Assembly (NCBI GenBank): GCA_001029635.1
Contig: CP011209.1
Coordinates: 222,866 to 286,865, forward strand
Direction: 5' to 3'
From: Candidatus Wolfebacteria bacterium GW2011_GWB1_47_1
GTDB lineage: Bacteria > Patescibacteriota > Minisyncoccia > UBA6257 > UBA9933
Length of the DNA: 64,000 nucleotides
Numbering within the stretch: position 1 is the first letter of the stretch; every line of letters starts with the position of its first letter. The notes under the pieces are model-generated. The model searched no databases. It was given only the letters and a program-made list of their open reading frames with translations, and was not told where the DNA came from. The position numbers and the translations under genes were made by a program. This document shows, one piece after another, positions 59,716 to 64,000 of the stretch.

Positions 59716-61131
59716 ATGAATATGAAAAAACAGATAGGTATCATAGGAGTATTAGTAATGGTGTCATTTTTACCCCTAACTAAAGTGCATGCGGGTTGGC
59801 AGCAGACCCTCGAGAGTAGATTTGCTATTGTGGAAACGTTTGATGAATTGCAGGATTGGACCCCGGGCGGACAGTTTTATTCTATGGCAGGCTGTGAGAC
59901 GTGCGCTTCTAATCTTACGCTTCCTAAAAAAAATGATGGCAGCAATTCGATATGGACCTTTTGGAATAATAAAGGTATATCGTTCCAGTACACTCCGGGA
60001 AATGGAACGTTTGTAAGGGGGGATGTTATTACGGGAAGCACTTCTGGCGCCACGGAAACTATTGAGAGGGTTTGGGTACTTGAAGGTAAAAGCTATATTC
60101 AAATAACAAGCACGGATGGTACTAATAAGATTTCAGATTTTGTGGTCGGGGAAAATATCACGAGTGGATCAAAAACTGGGACAAACCTCCAGTGGCCGCT
60201 TTTTATTGCCGATCACGGACCCTCTCATACATGGAGAGGAACCGGAAAGTCATTAATGATGGATCTGGGAGACAACAATGCGAATGATTTAAATCCTAGT
60301 ATGGAAGGAATTGGAGCTCAAAGAATGGGTTTATATTTTGGAGATGGCATCAGCGGTAAAAGTGGATTCAAAAAAGCCCATGTTTTCTTTATGGTAAAAT
60401 TAAACCCGGAGTTTTTTAGTCCTTGCGTTAATCCGGGGACTCAGTGCCTTGTTGATGGATATGATACGGTTTCGGTTATAAAAATGTTTGATTTAAATTC
60501 GGGATTTACGGATATCACAACATGGGGAAATAGCGCAGATCGCGCCCTGGTTGATCCTAATCATGCAAATTACCCAAGACTCGATGAATATGGGTTAAAT
60601 TTTAGCGTATTCAATCTGTATGGCGGCGGAAGTACGTTTCCTGAGAGTACATTTTTCATACAAGCTGGGCATGTGGCAAATCCCTCAGGGGCACCCTCGC
60701 TGTATACGTATCTTCAAACAATTAGTAATGTCCGGATGCGCAATGGAACATCCATGGATGTAGATGGCTTCTCTGAAAATAATCAATGGTTTGGAGTGGA
60801 AATGGCTCAGGATATAGGAACAGTTAATACGACTGACGGAACGACTGAGTTTTGGATTTATGATCAAGATGGGATATTGAAAGGGTATTATGTGGCAACC
60901 GGTGAAAACCATCTCAAGGTTTTTGACCATTATTATAACAAGTTTGTTTTTGGCGGTAATCGCTTAAGTGCTCATGACGGTACCGGAGGGTTGGATGCCA
61001 GGTGGTGGGTAGATGATCTTATAATCTCCGGCACCCAGATCGGTCCGACATACTTTTCAACCCTCGCTTCGTTCCAGGGACCTGCTGATGTAACCGCGCC
61101 TGCCGCGCCTAGCGGATTGAGTGTTATATAA
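59716..61131 (+). CDS. Secreted jelly-roll/polysaccharide-lyase-like protein 1
   Basis: Signal peptide (VHA), ETFDE, WFGVE, EFWIY, WVDD; C-terminal APAAPSGLSVI. Confidence 0.7.
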   Translation: MNMKKQIGIIGVLVMVSFLPLTKVHAGWQQTLESRFAIVETFDELQDWTPGGQFYSMAGCETCASNLTLPKKNDGSNSIWTFWNNKGISFQYTPGNGTFVRGDVITGSTSGATETIERVWVLEGKSYIQITSTDGTNKISDFVVGENITSGSKTGTNLQWPLFIADHGPSHTWRGTGKSLMMDLGDNNANDLNPSMEGIGAQRMGLYFGDGISGKSGFKKAHVFFMVKLNPEFFSPCVNPGTQCLVDGYDTVSVIKMFDLNSGFTDITTWGNSADRALVDPNHANYPRLDEYGLNFSVFNLYGGGSTFPESTFFIQAGHVANPSGAPSLYTYLQTISNVRMRNGTSMDVDGFSENNQWFGVEMAQDIGTVNTTDGTTEFWIYDQDGILKGYYVATGENHLKVFDHYYNKFVFGGNRLSAHDGTGGLDARWWVDDLIISGTQIGPTYFSTLASFQGPADVTAPAAPSGLSVI

Positions 61132-61143
61132 CATATAGTAGAC

Positions 61144-62571
61144 ATGTCTAAAAAAGGAAAAAAGGTAATCACGATAACGCTATTGGGTTTTCTATACATA
61201 GTATCGCCAATAGATGCACATGCCGGTTGGCAGCAGACACTTGAAAGCAATTTTGATATTGCGGAGACATTCGATGAATTGAAGGATTGGGGTGCTAATG
61301 GACTTTATCCATCAGGATCAGGCGATTCCCGGGCGTATGACCCCGCCCTGCTCCCCAAGAAAATAGACGGCAGTGCTTCGCGCTGGGGATATTGGAATAA
61401 TAAGTATCCGACGGCGATTGTTGGAGCTATAAACAACGGACCGTTTCAGACTGGAGAAACGGTGACAAACGGCTTGGGGGCAAATTGGGAATATAGACAA
61501 ACCTATGTCATTGATGGAGTAACATATATACGGCTGCAGGATGCCATCTATGGACAGAGTGTCGGAGCATTTCAAGTAGGGCATACGATCAGGGGTCTTG
61601 CGTCGGGTGCAACCGCCACTATTACTGCCTGGCCTAAGATCATTGCCGATCACGGAACGAATAAATGGAGAAGTGAAGGGAAGTCGCTCATGATGAATCT
61701 TGGGGATAATGATAATGCTGATGGCGCAATGGCAGGGATCGGCGCGCAGCGATTGGGGATGTTTTTGGGAGATGGAGCGACGGGGAAAAGCGGATATAAA
61801 AAAGTCCATGTATTCATGATGGTGAAGTTTGCACCCACCTATTTCGGAGCGAGCGGCAATCAGGCTGATATAGATTACGTACGGGTATTCAAGTTCGTGG
61901 ATGTATGTTCGGGATTTACGCGAATCGACGAATTTGGCACACCGGCAGAACAGCAATTTATCGAACAGACAGCGCAAACAGCTACCGAGTATGGGGCTAA
62001 TTGCTCTGTCGTGAATGTGAATGGCGGAGGATTATCAAATGCGGGGAGGGCATGGTACACGGAGATCATTGCAACGGCAACGCCGACACCCGACATCGTT
62101 CCTCCGAGCATACAAACATATTACGGGAAGAGTCGTTTGCCGATGGATATGTTTAATAATGACGTGGCATATCAAAGTCGGGGAGCTGACTTTAATACGA
62201 TATACGATACGGGGAAAGCTGCGGGGGAATGGATTGGTCTCGAGATAATTATGGATATAGGGACGACCAATGCAAGCAATGGAAGCACGGAATTATTCAT
62301 ATATGACAAGCAGGGGGTAGTACGAGGGCATTTTACCGCGACCGGATTGTCGAAGCTGGTTTATTTCGATCATTACTACAATAAGATAACACTGGGCGGG
62401 AATAGAAGGACGGGTCCTTCAACGAGTAATACGGATGGCCGATATTGGGTTGATGATTTTATCGTGGATGATGCGCGTATTGGTCTAAAGTATTTTGCCG
62501 CTCTGGCGGCATCACAAGGACCGGTAGATGGAGTAGCCCCCTCTGTCCCGACAGGGTTAAGTGTCCATTGA
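61144..62571 (+). CDS. Secreted paralog 2
   Basis: HAGWQQTLES, GIGAQR.G, FDHYYNK shared with protein 1; C-terminal APSVPTGLSVH. Confidence 0.7.
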   Translation: MSKKGKKVITITLLGFLYIVSPIDAHAGWQQTLESNFDIAETFDELKDWGANGLYPSGSGDSRAYDPALLPKKIDGSASRWGYWNNKYPTAIVGAINNGPFQTGETVTNGLGANWEYRQTYVIDGVTYIRLQDAIYGQSVGAFQVGHTIRGLASGATATITAWPKIIADHGTNKWRSEGKSLMMNLGDNDNADGAMAGIGAQRLGMFLGDGATGKSGYKKVHVFMMVKFAPTYFGASGNQADIDYVRVFKFVDVCSGFTRIDEFGTPAEQQFIEQTAQTATEYGANCSVVNVNGGGLSNAGRAWYTEIIATATPTPDIVPPSIQTYYGKSRLPMDMFNNDVAYQSRGADFNTIYDTGKAAGEWIGLEIIMDIGTTNASNGSTELFIYDKQGVVRGHFTATGLSKLVYFDHYYNKITLGGNRRTGPSTSNTDGRYWVDDFIVDDARIGLKYFAALAASQGPVDGVAPSVPTGLSVH

Positions 62572-62605
62572 GGATTGTATGGTATACTGAATTAAACACA
62601 ATCCC

Positions 62606-62730
62606 ATACCAAGGAAAGCAAAGACCCACGTGTGTATGACTCCGAATGGTTGCCCTTGAATCGTGGCGAGTTGACTGGCAAAACCGACCTAAGAAATCTA
62701 CTATGTATAGTTGATTTGGGGTCGGTTTTT
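62606..62730 (+). promoter_or_regulatory. c-di-GMP-II-like riboswitch with overlapping terminator, copy 2
   Basis: 123/125 identical to copy 1; TGGTATACT promoter at 62580. Confidence 0.75.
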
Positions 62731-62749
62731 ATTACAAATAAGCAAATAA

Positions 62750-63889
62750 ATGACAAGAAAAATTATACAAGGCATGTTGATTGTAGGAAGTCTGGTTATT
62801 GTGCCGGAGCTTTCAAGCGCAGCTGTCGTTTTCGAGACTGATTTTGAGGATGTGCAGGATTGGACACTTGGACGACCGCCAGTAGGATCTTCATACGCTT
62901 GTCAGCCTGGGAATTGCAGCGGAATTCAGCCGCCAAAGAAAAGTGATAACACTAATGCGTATGATGTTTTTAGATCGTCACCTTCTTGGTTTTCCGATCC
63001 ATACATCACAAATATGGCAGAAATTAAAAATGGTTACGGTAGAGAGAGTGGAAGAGGTTTGCAATACAATGTTGAAGTATCTGGTTGCATCGGAAGCGAA
63101 TGTTATGCAAACGGAACTCCGATGGGCGTTTGGCTCGGATACGAAGGCTATAAGGATTTATACGTCAGGTTTTATGTTAAATATTCTCCTGGTTGGAAGT
63201 GGACCAATGATAGCATATCGCCAAACACCGCAGCGTATCAAAAATTCTTAGAATTTGCGGTTTATAATGGAACAGTGGGGGATGGCAAGATGGATGGCCC
63301 TCGGGCAACAACAGCACTCGGTGGAGAATTGATGCCAATCTGGATTGTTAATTGGTACCAGTATATTACGGTTACGCCTAGTTATACTATTTTTCAAAAT
63401 AGCGAACGGTATGCTCCGGATTATAGTTATAATAATGCGACTAATGATTTTCATTCCATGAATCCCTCGCTGTATCCCATTGCGCCCCCTATGATGCCAA
63501 GCCCTCCTTTTCCAGCTGGTCATCAAGCTAGAAGTGTTCTTTGGCCAACTGATAATGAATGGCATAGTTATGAATTTCGGGCGAGGCTTAATGATGTCGC
63601 GGGGTTGCCGGAAGGAGGGCTTTCAGAGTTTTGGCTCGATGGAATAAAAGTATGGAGTAAAAGCGGTATAATCTGGGTCAAGGCTGGTGGATCACTGGAG
63701 AGGGGATGGAATAGGATTAACATTCTGGATAATAGTGATATAGCGTCTTACTCGAGAGAGGATCATATGACCATGTCGATGTATATTGATGATGTGGCTA
63801 TAAGTACAAATTACATCGGACCGGATTATGGTATTGGAGGAGTTGATGCAACAGCTCCGGCCTCGCCAACGGGATTGAGTGTGGAGTAA
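62750..63889 (+). CDS. Secreted jelly-roll/polysaccharide-lyase-like protein 3
   Basis: Signal peptide, FETDFED, YVRFYVKY, WHSYEF, FWLDG, YIDD; C-terminal APASPTGLSVE. Confidence 0.7.
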   Translation: MTRKIIQGMLIVGSLVIVPELSSAAVVFETDFEDVQDWTLGRPPVGSSYACQPGNCSGIQPPKKSDNTNAYDVFRSSPSWFSDPYITNMAEIKNGYGRESGRGLQYNVEVSGCIGSECYANGTPMGVWLGYEGYKDLYVRFYVKYSPGWKWTNDSISPNTAAYQKFLEFAVYNGTVGDGKMDGPRATTALGGELMPIWIVNWYQYITVTPSYTIFQNSERYAPDYSYNNATNDFHSMNPSLYPIAPPMMPSPPFPAGHQARSVLWPTDNEWHSYEFRARLNDVAGLPEGGLSEFWLDGIKVWSKSGIIWVKAGGSLERGWNRINILDNSDIASYSREDHMTMSMYIDDVAISTNYIGPDYGIGGVDATAPASPTGLSVE

Positions 63890-63929
63890 AAAATTCATAA
63901 CGTTCATCAGGTTTGCGATGTTCGGTAAA

Positions 63930-64000
63930 ATGCAAAAACAAATTTTCAAAATCTTTCTTCTATTTGTGATGTTTTTCATGCTGCCAAATTTTGCAAATGC
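63930..64000 (+). CDS. Start of a fourth secreted protein (truncated by the window edge)
   Basis: MQKQIFKIFLLFVMFFMLPNFAN(A) is a typical signal peptide. Confidence 0.6.
   Translation, partial: MQKQIFKIFLLFVMFFMLPNFAN

Noticed and set aside
59584-62730. 125-bp repeats as IS ends or att sites
   Set aside because: Both lie in 5' leaders behind promoters and fold as aptamer plus terminator; no transposase or integrase present
62632-62841. 69-aa ORF starting within the second repeat
   Set aside because: Overlaps the riboswitch/terminator and the real gene start in another frame

Overview
The window looks like a Patescibacteria/CPR (Parcubacteria-type) chromosome segment; this is inferred from gene style (VirB2-like pilins, split ComEC, short AspRS, PaaX/Cas2-like regulator, TrmB expansion). 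It carries housekeeping genes (gyrA, rpsA, rplS, aspS, ndk, rpmB, metG, tatD, uppP, gatC/gatA, holA, trmD, rpsO, pnp, rpsT, ruvA, murE-like), three tRNAs and many orphan genes. Most notable: (1) two near-identical 125-bp leaders whose architecture matches c-di-GMP-II riboswitches with overlapping terminators, placed before secreted jelly-roll proteins that all end in D-x-x-A-P-x-x-P-(S/T)-G-L-S-V-x; (2) a liv-type ABC locus with five divergent TrmB-regulator/binding-protein cassettes sharing one permease/ATPase set, interrupted at each junction by inserts (four-helix bundle gene, Panacea-RelE pair, orphan MazF); (3) a candidate ~60-nt convergent sRNA behind the orphan MazF; (4) a PaaX/Cas2-fold gene bracketed by identical 38-bp palindromes next to tRNA-Leu; (5) a short 6S-like RNA; (6) a split between apparently leaderless core genes and orphan cassettes with strong Shine-Dalgarno sites. 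All calls come from reading the sequence by eye; no searches were run.
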